A stretch of 64,000 bases of DNA from Nitrosopumilus sp. (lineage in GTDB: Archaea > Thermoproteota > Nitrososphaeria > Nitrososphaerales > Nitrosopumilaceae). Below the pieces are notes generated by a model. The model saw nothing but the letters and a program-made list of their open reading frames with translations. It was not told where the DNA came from and searched no databases. A program made the position numbers and the translations under genes. Shown here piece after piece: positions 43,095 to 52,459 of the stretch; positions within the stretch are counted from its first letter, which is position 1, and every line of letters begins with the position of its first letter. The stretch spans positions 1,248,001-1,312,000 of the forward strand of contig OY759726.1 of the NCBI GenBank assembly GCA_963662625.1, written 5' to 3'.

Positions 43095-43856
43095 TTGGTG
43101 AAAGAAATCGTGGCGGCGCTGGCGCTGGCGGCGTTCTCGGCGCCGCTTGCGTTTGCCGACGTCGCCATCCTGAATGACCAAAAGTACCGCGGGGACGACG
43201 GCTTCTTCCACATAGTGGGGGAGGTCCACAACGGCATCGGCGCGCCGATCGGCCAGGTCGTCGTGGACGTGACGCTGTATGACGGCAGCGGCGGCGTCAT
43301 GGCGACCAAGCAGACGGGCTCGCTGGTCAACATGGTGATGCCCGGCATGAAGGGGCCGTTTGACCTGATCGTGGACGGCCGCGAGGGCGAGCGGATCCAC
43401 TCGTACGACGCCCAAGTCAGCTACAGGGTGGCCGCCCCGAAAAGCCAGGTGATCGACATAGTCTCCTCGGAGCTGTCCCGGGACAGCCACGACAACCTGC
43501 TGATCACCGGGATCGTGGCCAACAGGGGCGAGATCACCGCCAACACCGTCTCGGTGGTGGCCACCCTCTACGACGGGCAGGGCAACGTCGCGGCGGTCTC
43601 GTGGATCCGCCCGGAACCAGACTACCTCCGGGCCGACGGCGAGGCGTTCTTCCTGGTCCCGATCCCGGACAAGGAGCACGCCGTGGGGATCGACGACTAC
43701 TCACTGGTGGCCGAGTCCGAGGAGTACGCCGCGGTGCCGGAGTTCTCCGCCGGGGCAGCGGTGCTGCTAGCCGGCTCCGTCTCCGCGTACATAGGGGTGT
43801 CCCGGTACTCGGGCAGCGTCATAGCAGGCCCAGCTTCTGCAGCCAGTCCAGAATAG
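43095..43856 (+). CDS. Secreted FxLYD (DUF3426-like) domain protein with PEF-type C-terminal sorting signal
   Basis: Signal peptide; two Ig-like repeats (IVGEVHN...TLYD, ITGIVAN...TLYD); VPEFS plus hydrophobic tail. Confidence 0.75.
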   Translation: MVKEIVAALALAAFSAPLAFADVAILNDQKYRGDDGFFHIVGEVHNGIGAPIGQVVVDVTLYDGSGGVMATKQTGSLVNMVMPGMKGPFDLIVDGREGERIHSYDAQVSYRVAAPKSQVIDIVSSELSRDSHDNLLITGIVANRGEITANTVSVVATLYDGQGNVAAVSWIRPEPDYLRADGEAFFLVPIPDKEHAVGIDDYSLVAESEEYAAVPEFSAGAAVLLAGSVSAYIGVSRYSGSVIAGPASAASPE

Positions 43857-44274
43857 GCACCAGCTCGTCTATGATCTCCGACTTTTCCAGCCTGACGGGC
43901 CCGGAAAACCTGACCGGGAACGTGATCGTGAGCATGTCCTGGTCCGTGTGCGATATCCTTATGTAGTGCAGGCGGTTGTCCGTCTTTGCCAAAAAATCCT
44001 TCCACTTGGCGATGTGGGCAGCGGCCCTGCCCACCTGCGACTCGAGCTCGTCGATCTCGATGTTCAGGTCCGAGTCGAACAGGTTGAACTTGACGAGCGG
44101 GACCATGATGTACCCGCCGGGCACCGCGGCGCGGTTCTTCAGCATCTGCGAGATGACATCCGTGGAGTCCTCGCCGTCGCCTATGTCCCCGTAGTCGGGG
44201 TCAAAGTAGCCGGCCACCCTCTTCTTGGAATCGTATATCCTGAAGTACTCCTCGTCAAGCTCGAGCTTCCACAT
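43819..44274 (-). CDS. Conserved hypothetical protein
   Basis: MWKLELDEEYFRIY...GYFDPDYG; 151 aa. Confidence 0.7.
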   Translation of the reverse strand: MWKLELDEEYFRIYDSKKRVAGYFDPDYGDIGDGEDSTDVISQMLKNRAAVPGGYIMVPLVKFNLFDSDLNIEIDELESQVGRAAAHIAKWKDFLAKTDNRLHYIRISHTDQDMLTITFPVRFSGPVRLEKSEIIDELVPILDWLQKLGLL

Positions 44275-44374
44275 TGCCTTGACAAGCGTTTGATAAATAA
44301 ATAAACGGTGCATCCCAGCCGCCGCGGCGCCCTGCTTCCTACAGTTAAATAGCAAGCGCCGCAGTGGAGTGTTG

Positions 44375-44677
44375 ATGGCAATCAGCGCCGCCAACCGGGA
44401 GTTCCTCGACAGCCTCCTGGAGCACTACATCGGCGAGGCCGAGTCATACAGGCAGATCGCCGAGAACTTCGCGGCCTCGGCGGGGTCGGTAGAGGACACG
44501 GCGTTTGGGATCATAACCGGGTGCGTGTACTCGGGGTTCCTGCAGGCGTACCAGAGCCAGCAGGAGTCGCCGGGACTGGATGACGTAAACGAGTTCTACG
44601 GCATCCTCGACAAGAAGGTGCCCGCGATAAGGCGGGCGATCTCGGGCCGGAAGCCCGGCGGCACGGAGAATGCCTGA
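44375..44677 (+). CDS. Conserved hypothetical protein
   Basis: DTAFGIITGCVYSGF; 100 aa; TTAAATA box upstream. Confidence 0.7.
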   Translation: MAISAANREFLDSLLEHYIGEAESYRQIAENFAASAGSVEDTAFGIITGCVYSGFLQAYQSQQESPGLDDVNEFYGILDKKVPAIRRAISGRKPGGTENA

Positions 44678-44716
44678 CGCGCCGCGGACAGTTACAGTTT
44701 AATCCCGAGCCCAGGC

Positions 44717-44818
44717 ATGGCCACCATGGACGTGGACGGCAGCAAGATAATCTTCGGCATGGGGGTGGCCGGGGCCGTGATAACCGCCGCGATCGCGCTG
44801 ATCTTCGCGATAAGTTAA
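44717..44818 (+). CDS. Small single-TM peptide (30-33 aa)
   Basis: MATMDVDGSKIIFGMGVAGAVITAAIALIFAIS; TTTAAT box upstream. Confidence 0.55.
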   Translation: MATMDVDGSKIIFGMGVAGAVITAAIALIFAIS

Positions 44819-44844
44819 AGATAAATCACGCGCGCCAGCACGCC

Positions 44845-45171
44845 ATGGCGTTGTCGGCGACAAACGAGTTCAGGATCACGCAGGTGGTGGACAACGGCCG
44901 GGCGGTGCAGCTGACGCTGATCGAGAACGTGTCCACCGAGCCCATCTCGCAGAAGCAGATGATCATCGAGAACGTCTCGAACAAGCTCGACCAGGAAACC
45001 AAGGAGCAGGTGATGCCGCTTCTGGAGGCGATCATGTCGGCGCAGCCCACGGTGAACATAAAGTCGTACCAGCAGACGCAGATCACGATCGCGATGCCAA
45101 AGTCCAGGTACGACAGCATGGGGCGGCCCCAGGTCGGGACCACCGTCGAGATCAACCTGAGGAAGGTCTAG
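44845..45171 (+). CDS. Conserved hypothetical protein
   Basis: 108-aa ORF ending [17 protein letters not shown]. Confidence 0.7.
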   Translation: MALSATNEFRITQVVDNGRAVQLTLIENVSTEPISQKQMIIENVSNKLDQETKEQVMPLLEAIMSAQPTVNIKSYQQTQITIAMPKSRYDSMGRPQVGTTVEINLRKV

Positions 45172-47192
45172 ATCTCCGACTCTACCTCTTCGGCCGTGCG
45201 CAGGGGCCGCGAGCACGCAAAGTCCCTGCACACGAACACGGTTGTCCTCTCAGTGAACTCCTTGCCTGCGAAGAACGGGTACCGCGCCAGCCCCTCGAGC
45301 TGCTCCCTGCCCTCCACGGAGACCATGATGGACTCGGGCAGGAACCTGCTGCCCAGGGCGCGGCACACGCCGTCGTTCTCGGTGTTCAGCACGGTGATCT
45401 CGGCGGGCTTTTTGACGCTCATGTAGATCGTGTTGAGCAGGTTGCCAAAGCCGAACGGGTTCTCCGCGGCCGCCCGCGCCTGGGACTCCATGATCGCGGT
45501 GGCGATCCCGAGGAACCTGTCCTCCTGGGTGAGGTGGTACAGCCTGAGCATCACGTTGCAGGCCACGGAGTTTCCCGACGGCAGCGACAGGTCGTAGTTG
45601 CTCTTCGGCCTGATTATCAGCCTCTCGTGGTCCTCCGAGGTCATGAAGAAGCTGGCCGCCCCCCCGTCCCAGAAGCGGTCGGCCAGATGCGTCCCGAGGC
45701 GCCGCGCCAGCTCCAGGTAGCCGGGCTCCGGGTGGACCTCGAAGACGTCAAGCAGGGCGCTTGCGAGGTAGGAGTAGTCGTCCAGGTACCCGTCGATCTT
45801 CGCGGTGCCGTCCTTGAACGTGCGCAGCAGCCTCGTCCCGTCAAGGAGGCGGCGCTCGATGAACGAGAGGCAGCCCGTGGCGGCCTCCAGGTACGCCCGG
45901 TCCCCGGCCACGCGGTATCCCTTTGCGAGGGCCGTGACCATGAGGGCGTTCCACGAGGTGAGCACCTTGTCGTCAAGCCCGGGGGCCTCGCGCCCCGAGC
46001 GCGCCTCCAGGAGCTTCGCCGAACACGCCTCCAGCCTCTCCCTGGCCTGCCGCTCCGTCATCCCGAAGTTGAACGCCACGGTGGACGCGTTGAGGGTGTT
46101 GGACAGTATGTTGGCGCCCTCCCAGTTCCCGCCGTCGGTGACGTCGTAGAACATGCAGAACAGGTCGGCGTCGCCGCCGAGGGCGTCCCTCACCTGGCCC
46201 TTGCTCCACACGTAGTACTTCCCCTCGACCCCTTCCGAGTCGGCGTCGTACGCAGAATAGAACCCCCCCTCCGGGGAGGCCATGTCGCGCAGCACGAAGT
46301 CGAGCGTCTTTTGCATGACCCCCAGGTAGAACGGCTCCTTGGTGATCTGGTAGGCCTCGGCGTAGTTTACCGGGATCAGGGCGTTGTCGTACAGCATCTT
46401 CTCAAAGTGCGGCACGAGCCACCTGGCGTCGGTCGAGTACCTGTGGAACCCGCCGCCTATCTGGTCGAATATCCCGCCCCTTGCCATCCTGTCCAGCGTC
46501 CTGAGCCCGAACTCGGCGAACTTTGACACGCCCGACAGCCTCGCGTACCTGAACAGGAAGGAGATGTTCGCGGCGTTGGGGAACTTCGGGGCCTGGCCGA
46601 AGCCGCCATACACGGGATCCCCCAGCTGGAACAGGTTCACCGCCGCCTCGTCGAGGACCTGCCTGCCGGCCTCGGACGGCGACGCCTGCTCCGGGATCCG
46701 CAGCGTGGCAAGGAACCCCTCGGCCTTCTTCCTGACGTCGCCGGGCCTCTCCCTCCACGCCTGCGCCAGCTGCCGCGTGATGCTGCCGAACCCCGGCCGC
46801 CCGTGCGAGTCGAGCGCGGGGAAGTAGGTGCCGACGTAAAACGGCTTCTGATCGGGGGTCAGGAAGACGCTGAGCGGCCAGCCGCCCTGTCCCGTCGCGG
46901 TCTGGCAGACCCTCTGGTAGATGTCGTCGATGTCGGGCCGCTCCTCCCTGTCCACCTTGATGTTTACAAAGTTGGCGTTCATGAATTCCGCGACGTCGTC
47001 GTTCTCGAACGACTCGTGGGCCATGACGTGGCACCAGTGGCACGCGCTGTACCCGACGCTGAGGAAGATCGGCTTGTCCTCGTCCCTGGCCTTCCGCAGC
47101 GCGGCGTCGTTCCAGGCAAACCACTCCACGGGGTTGTCCGCGTGCTGCAGCAGGTAGGGGCTCGTCTCGCCGGCCAGGCTGTTCGGTGCCAC
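45168..47192 (-). CDS. Thioredoxin-domain protein YyaL/SSP411 (DUF255)
   Basis: [47 protein letters not shown]. Confidence 0.93.
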   Translation of the reverse strand: MAPNSLAGETSPYLLQHADNPVEWFAWNDAALRKARDEDKPIFLSVGYSACHWCHVMAHESFENDDVAEFMNANFVNIKVDREERPDIDDIYQRVCQTATGQGGWPLSVFLTPDQKPFYVGTYFPALDSHGRPGFGSITRQLAQAWRERPGDVRKKAEGFLATLRIPEQASPSEAGRQVLDEAAVNLFQLGDPVYGGFGQAPKFPNAANISFLFRYARLSGVSKFAEFGLRTLDRMARGGIFDQIGGGFHRYSTDARWLVPHFEKMLYDNALIPVNYAEAYQITKEPFYLGVMQKTLDFVLRDMASPEGGFYSAYDADSEGVEGKYYVWSKGQVRDALGGDADLFCMFYDVTDGGNWEGANILSNTLNASTVAFNFGMTERQARERLEACSAKLLEARSGREAPGLDDKVLTSWNALMVTALAKGYRVAGDRAYLEAATGCLSFIERRLLDGTRLLRTFKDGTAKIDGYLDDYSYLASALLDVFEVHPEPGYLELARRLGTHLADRFWDGGAASFFMTSEDHERLIIRPKSNYDLSLPSGNSVACNVMLRLYHLTQEDRFLGIATAIMESQARAAAENPFGFGNLLNTIYMSVKKPAEITVLNTENDGVCRALGSRFLPESIMVSVEGREQLEGLARYPFFAGKEFTERTTVFVCRDFACSRPLRTAEEVESEI

Positions 47193-47222
47193 GGTTGCTT
47201 AACGCCGGGTTGCTATTTGTAC

Positions 47223-47474
47223 CTACTTGAAGATGCCCTCCCCCTCCTCCAGCTCGTAAATCCTGACGTTGATCTTCGCGAGCAGCTTCGACTTGGACCT
47301 GCGCGCCTTCTTGTCGTGGCTGTAGTCCTTCTTCCCGATCAGCTCCTGCAGGCGCTTCAGCTCGTGCAGCGTCAGCCGCTTGAAGCCGTGCCTGGAGCTG
47401 GACACCTTCCTCAGCAGTTCGATCCTCTCGCGGTCGTCGGGGGTGATGTCTCCGGGCAACGATGCACGTAGCAC
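47223..47474 (-). CDS. Small basic hypothetical protein
   Basis: 83-aa Lys/Arg-rich helical ORF. Confidence 0.6.
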   Translation of the reverse strand: MLRASLPGDITPDDRERIELLRKVSSSRHGFKRLTLHELKRLQELIGKKDYSHDKKARRSKSKLLAKINVRIYELEEGEGIFK

Positions 47475-47533
47475 GCCGCCACTTATCTTTCTAGTGCTGA
47501 AATGTTAAAATCCGGCGGCGGCCCAGGGGGGTC

Positions 47534-48565
47534 ATGGAGAAGATGCGTGCCATGGTGCTGTCCGAGTGCGCCCCCATCGAGACGTGCCCGCTGGCCCTCC
47601 GGTACGTGGACCGGCACGAGGTGGGCCGGCCCAACGAGATCCTGATAAAGATCGAGGCCTGCGGGGTATGCCACTCGCAGCTGCACGGGATAGAGGGGGA
47701 CTGGAAGGACATAGGGATCCCGCCGGTGCTGCCCACCGTGCCCGGCCACGAGGTGGTGGGGGTGGTAGTCGAGGCGGGGGACTCCGTGACCAAGTTCAGC
47801 GTCGGCGACCGGGCGGGCGTCACCCCGCTGCTCGAGGCCTGCGGGGAATGCCGGTACTGCGGGGAGGGAAAGGAGTACCTGTGCGAGTCCTCGGAGATCA
47901 CAGGGGAGTCGCTCAGGGGGGGCTATTCCGAGTACATAACGGTCGCCGAGGAATTCGCGACCAAGGTGCCGCCCACGATGAGGCCCGAGTACGCCGCGCC
48001 GCTGTTCTGCGCGGGAATCACGGCATACAAGGCGGTGATGGCGGCCGAGCCGCGGGCCAACAGGAAGGTCGGCATATTCGGGATCGGCGGCGTGGGCCAC
48101 ATGGCGGTCCAGTTCGCGAGGGTGAAGGGGTGCGACGTGGTCGCGTTCTCGCGGGGCCGGAGGCACCTGGAAGTCGCGAGGAGGCTGGGCGCGGCAGACG
48201 CGATGGAGTTCTCGGAGGACGGCGGGTTCCTGCGGCGGGTCAGGGAGCGGCACGGGCTGCTTGACGCGGCGATCGTGTTCGCGCCGGCCGACCCGGTGAC
48301 AGAGGCGGCAGTGGCGTCAGTCAAGAAGGGCGGGACGGTGGTGATCGCGACCGTCGGGGCCCGGCCCCCGTTCCTGGCATTCGAGGAAAAGACGATCAGG
48401 GGGACGCTGATCGGGTCGACCAGGGACATGGAGCAGGTGATCAGGATATGCGACGAGGAGGACATCGAGGTCGTCTCGGAGACGTTCCCGCTGGAGGACG
48501 CGAACCTGGTGCTCAAGAGGCTGAAGGACTCGGAGATCGAGGCAAGGGCGGTCCTGGTCCCGTAG
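47534..48565 (+). CDS. Zinc-dependent alcohol dehydrogenase
   Basis: CGVCHS, PGHEVVG, CGECRYC...C, PLFCAGITAY, GIGGVG. Confidence 0.93.
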   Translation: MEKMRAMVLSECAPIETCPLALRYVDRHEVGRPNEILIKIEACGVCHSQLHGIEGDWKDIGIPPVLPTVPGHEVVGVVVEAGDSVTKFSVGDRAGVTPLLEACGECRYCGEGKEYLCESSEITGESLRGGYSEYITVAEEFATKVPPTMRPEYAAPLFCAGITAYKAVMAAEPRANRKVGIFGIGGVGHMAVQFARVKGCDVVAFSRGRRHLEVARRLGAADAMEFSEDGGFLRRVRERHGLLDAAIVFAPADPVTEAAVASVKKGGTVVIATVGARPPFLAFEEKTIRGTLIGSTRDMEQVIRICDEEDIEVVSETFPLEDANLVLKRLKDSEIEARAVLVP

Positions 48566-48613
48566 CGGCCGCGCCATCACTGGATTTATTTTGGCTCGCG
48601 CCGTGCATGTGGC

Positions 48614-49696
48614 ATGCCCGAGATCTGGCTGAACTACGGAGCCACCGAGGTGGTGCTAGACATCGGCGCCGAAAACCTGGGCCAGAGGGTGGACTCCGGC
48701 GGGGACGTGCTGGACGACGCGGCAGTCGGCGAGAGGCTCGGGGGGCTGGACTTGGAGAGGCCCGTGGAGATCGCGGTCCTGCACGACTCCGCATCCGTCC
48801 GGAAGGCGGTCTCGTCCCTGCTGGAGGCGTGCGGGCAGAGGTCGCCGCCACCGCCGAAGGTCCTCGCCGACAGGCGGATCGTGGGTCGGCTCAGGGCGGG
48901 CCTGCCCGAGGGCGCCGACGTCGGCGAGTTCGACGATCCAGCGCTATCGAACTCCCGCCTCGTGTTCGTGGGGGAGGTGGAGTTTGACGGGCTGTTCGGG
49001 TACGAGACGGTCTCCACCAGGCTGATCAGGAGGTTCGGCCGGGAGTCCATGCTGTCGGCGTACGCCCGGCGCAAGGCAAACGCCCCCGCGCCCGGGCAGG
49101 CGACGGGGAGCTTCGAGGAGGCGAGAAAGTTCACCGACGGCTTTGAGATACAGGCCGTGGAGGTGGTGTCCAACTCCTCCGGGATCGTCGACCTGGCGGC
49201 GGGGCACCCGTCGCAGACATCCTCGCTGACGGGCGCGCTGGAGTCGACCGCGGTAAGGGACGTCGGCAGGACGGGATCCATGATAATCAGCACCGGAAAG
49301 GAGGCCAGTAACGGCAGCCTGGCCGCGTCGCTCTCCTCGCTGTGGAACTGCTCCCTCCCCGTGCAGAAGGGGGGCCTGGCCGTCCTGGTCGCGGAGTGCG
49401 GGGACGGCCTTGGCTCGGACTCGCTGCGGCAGTACGTCGAGGGGAGGCTGGAGCCCGAGCAGCTGAGGACCCCGGCCAGGTACACCGGCGGGATGGAGGA
49501 CCTGCTCTACCTGCACGAGGTGCAAAAGGGCCTCCAGGTGGGGATCGTCTCGGTACTGCCGGAGTTCTACACGAAGAAGCTGGGCATGGTGTCGCTGCCC
49601 GGGATAAGGCAGTCCTTGGACTACGTCCTGAAGACGCAGGGACCGCGGGAGAAGGTCGCCGTGGTCTCCGACGGCGCCAGGCTCCTGCTACGGTAG
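48614..49696 (+). CDS. LarA/DUF2088-like protein (divergent)
   Basis: MPEIWLNYG start, GGLAVLVAECGDGLG and KVAVVSDG end resemble the lactate racemase family. Confidence 0.55.
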   Translation: MPEIWLNYGATEVVLDIGAENLGQRVDSGGDVLDDAAVGERLGGLDLERPVEIAVLHDSASVRKAVSSLLEACGQRSPPPPKVLADRRIVGRLRAGLPEGADVGEFDDPALSNSRLVFVGEVEFDGLFGYETVSTRLIRRFGRESMLSAYARRKANAPAPGQATGSFEEARKFTDGFEIQAVEVVSNSSGIVDLAAGHPSQTSSLTGALESTAVRDVGRTGSMIISTGKEASNGSLAASLSSLWNCSLPVQKGGLAVLVAECGDGLGSDSLRQYVEGRLEPEQLRTPARYTGGMEDLLYLHEVQKGLQVGIVSVLPEFYTKKLGMVSLPGIRQSLDYVLKTQGPREKVAVVSDGARLLLR

Positions 49697-50806
49697 GAAG
49701 GCCGGGACGAAGCTGGAGGGCAGCGGCGCGCACAGCACCGCGAGCCCGATCACCAGCACGTACGCGAGCTTGCGGTTCCTTGACAGGGGCGAGACGTCGT
49801 CCAGCGGGTCGGCGCTGGGGTTCCTCGCGCTCATCACCAGGATCAGCGCCGCCATGAGCCAGTAGTTGAGCAGCACGAGGATCGCCATGCTGCCGTACGT
49901 CGCGTACCTGTGGAGCCTCGGCCCGAGGAGCGTCCTTGCCATGTGGCCACCGTCAAGCTGCCACGCGGGCAGCAGGTTCAGGAACGTGATCAGGAACCCG
50001 ATCCACGCCGAAAACAGCACCGGGGTCATTATCACCTCGTGGCCGTCGCCGCCCTTGCCGAACAGGGCCAGGCTGGCAGTCATCAGCAGGGGCTCCCCGC
50101 GGTTCCATTCCACCAGCCTCGACTCGGCGAACAGCCCCCCCGCGATCTCGTCCTGGATCACGGGGGCGGTGTACGCCCCGTACATCGTCACGATGACGGC
50201 TATCGCCAGCCCCGCGATGGGCCCCGCTATGGCCACGTCGAAGAGGATCTCCCGGTTGATCGTCAGCCCGCGCGACTGGATGAACGCCCCGAACGTCGGG
50301 ATGCCCACTATGGGCAGCCCGGGTATGAAGTACGGCCACGTGGTCCTCAGCCCGTGGGCCTTTGCCGCCACGATGTGGCCCAGTTCGTGCACGCCAAGTA
50401 TGCCCAGGAGGCAGACGGTGTAGATTCCGGCCACCTCGAGGGGGTCCCCTATGTTGATGATGCTGTTGGTCCCAGCGGTCCTGTAGTACCCGTCGAACAT
50501 GACGAACGCGACCACCACGGCGAACAGCGCCCTGGGCATCCACGCCGTCCTGAGCCACCACCCCTGCTTCTTCCTGACGAACTTCTGGATCACTATGTAC
50601 CTGCCGCCGTCTGCCTGCGCGAGCCTGCAGACGTACTCGTTGCCCTCCATCCTCCTCGCCAGGCCCTCGAACTTGGCCTTAAAGTCGGGGTCCTCTATCC
50701 TGAATTCCAGCGCGTACTCCCCCTTGGTGAAGGCGCTCACGTCGAACACGGAACTGACCATCGAGATGATGTCCTCCTGAGACAGGTCGCTCAACACGCT
50801 TACCAC
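49688..50806 (-). CDS. Site-2 protease (M50 family)
   Basis: HELGH, IAGPIAG, NLLPAWQLDGGH. Confidence 0.92.
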   Translation of the reverse strand: MVSVLSDLSQEDIISMVSSVFDVSAFTKGEYALEFRIEDPDFKAKFEGLARRMEGNEYVCRLAQADGGRYIVIQKFVRKKQGWWLRTAWMPRALFAVVVAFVMFDGYYRTAGTNSIINIGDPLEVAGIYTVCLLGILGVHELGHIVAAKAHGLRTTWPYFIPGLPIVGIPTFGAFIQSRGLTINREILFDVAIAGPIAGLAIAVIVTMYGAYTAPVIQDEIAGGLFAESRLVEWNRGEPLLMTASLALFGKGGDGHEVIMTPVLFSAWIGFLITFLNLLPAWQLDGGHMARTLLGPRLHRYATYGSMAILVLLNYWLMAALILVMSARNPSADPLDDVSPLSRNRKLAYVLVIGLAVLCAPLPSSFVPAFLP

Positions 50807-50871
50807 GGCCCCTGTCCATTAAATCGTTTTGCGGTTTAAAATTAAATACCGACGGCCACCACATAACGTCA

Positions 50872-51369
50872 GTGCAGGTGATACTGAGGCAGCTCGGCGA
50901 CTGCAGCATCCGCCGCGCAGAGGCAAGCGATCTCATACCGGTAATGGAGGTCAACCTGAGGACGCTGCCGGAGCACTATTCGGACTACTTTTACGAGAGC
51001 CTCCTCGCCGAGATCCCAGAGGCGTTCATCGTGGCCGAGGCCACAGGCAGGATCGCCGGCTACATAATGTGCAAGACCGAGTACGGCTTCTCCAACTTCA
51101 AGAAGCTGGGATTCGTGAAGAAGGGGCACGTCGTGTCGGTCGCGGTGCTCGACGAGTTCAGGAAGCGGGGCCTCGGCAGGGCCCTCGTGGAGGAGGCGAT
51201 CATCGGTGTCAGGGCGAGGAAGTGCGACGAGTTCTACCTAGAGGTGCGCTGCAGCAACAACGGGGCGGTCCGCCTGTACGAGAGCCTGGGGTTCGCGATA
51301 AGGCAGCAGCTCAACGCCTACTACCGTGACGGCGAGGACGCCTACCTGATGGCGATCGACCTGGGCTAG
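50872..51369 (+). CDS. N-terminal acetyltransferase (Ard1/RimI-like GNAT)
   Basis: LPEHY, GHVVSVAV, RKRGLG, LEVRCSN, YYRDGEDAYLM. Confidence 0.92.
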   Translation: MQVILRQLGDCSIRRAEASDLIPVMEVNLRTLPEHYSDYFYESLLAEIPEAFIVAEATGRIAGYIMCKTEYGFSNFKKLGFVKKGHVVSVAVLDEFRKRGLGRALVEEAIIGVRARKCDEFYLEVRCSNNGAVRLYESLGFAIRQQLNAYYRDGEDAYLMAIDLG

Positions 51370-51403
51370 AAGCAATAAATAACTCGCGGGAACCTTGACG
51401 GCA

Positions 51404-51622
51404 ATGGACAGGCGGAAGGGAACCGGCATCATGATCTTCGTCCTCTGCATCGGCGGCTTCTTCACCTACGCCTACCTGCTCATGCTTTCCGAGTGGAGCC
51501 CGATAGTCCTGCAGCTGTCCGTGCTGATGATCGCCGGCGGCATCCTGGGGGTCGTCGCGTGGATAGGCTACGTGATGGCCACCACGAGGCCGTCGCCGGC
51601 GTCCATCTCGTCTGACGACTGA
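51404..51622 (+). CDS. Small two-TM membrane protein
   Basis: Two hydrophobic helices; WIGYVMATT motif. Confidence 0.7.
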   Translation: MDRRKGTGIMIFVLCIGGFFTYAYLLMLSEWSPIVLQLSVLMIAGGILGVVAWIGYVMATTRPSPASISSDD

Positions 51623-52459
51623 TCACTTTGAGATCCTGGCGTCCACCACTGTCTGGTAGTACCTGGGCCCCACCGCCCTCACCATCCTGGAGCCGAGGAC
51701 CTCGAGCCCCACGGGCGACTCCCGCGCGAGGTGCCGCTCGGACAGCGCCGCGGCGTCGGCCTTCCTGTCGGAGTGCACGTGGGAGTAGTAGTGTATGGTG
51801 CCCCCGTCCCTGGTGGCGTCCACCGCCGAGTCCAGGAACTCGTCGGACCTCTCGGGCAGGAGCATCAGCGTCCTGTCCGCCATGTCCAGCAGCCCCTCCC
51901 GGATGATCCGCCGCGCGTCCCCGTTCATCGGGACCACCGTCCCAGCCATGCTGTTCATCGCGATGCTCTTCTCGCACAGCCTCGTGGCGGCGGGGTTGGA
52001 GTCTATGCTGTACACCGTGCACCTCTTGCTCTTTGCCGCCACGATCGAGAAGGTGCCCACCCCCGCGAACATGTTGACCACCGTCTCGCCGTCCCCGACG
52101 AGGCCTGCGATCCTCCCCCTCTCCGTGGACAGCCTCGGGGAAAAGAACGCCTTCTCCACGTCGACTGCGATCCTGCACCCTGACTCCCTGTAGACGGTCT
52201 CCGCGGCGCCGCTGCCCGCGATGGCCTCCAGGCCCCTGGTGCGAAAGTCCCCGCCCACCTCCGACGACTGGCAGAACACGATCCTTGCCGCCTTGACCTC
52301 CCTCAGCAGCGTCTCGCCTATGATCCCCTTCCTGTGCATCAGCGAGTCGGGTATCCTGACTATGATGATGTCGCCTATCTGGTCGAACGCCGAGACGACC
52401 CCCTCGCTCTCCTCTGCGCCGAGCGCCCCCAGGAGGGCCCTCTTCAGGAACCGGGTCAA
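51623..52459 (-). CDS. Trm5/Met-10+ family tRNA methyltransferase
   Basis: FDQIGDIII, FFSPRLSTER, NMFAGVG, IDSNP, GTIHYY. Confidence 0.88.
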   Translation of the reverse strand: MTRFLKRALLGALGAEESEGVVSAFDQIGDIIIVRIPDSLMHRKGIIGETLLREVKAARIVFCQSSEVGGDFRTRGLEAIAGSGAAETVYRESGCRIAVDVEKAFFSPRLSTERGRIAGLVGDGETVVNMFAGVGTFSIVAAKSKRCTVYSIDSNPAATRLCEKSIAMNSMAGTVVPMNGDARRIIREGLLDMADRTLMLLPERSDEFLDSAVDATRDGGTIHYYSHVHSDRKADAAALSERHLARESPVGLEVLGSRMVRAVGPRYYQTVVDARISK

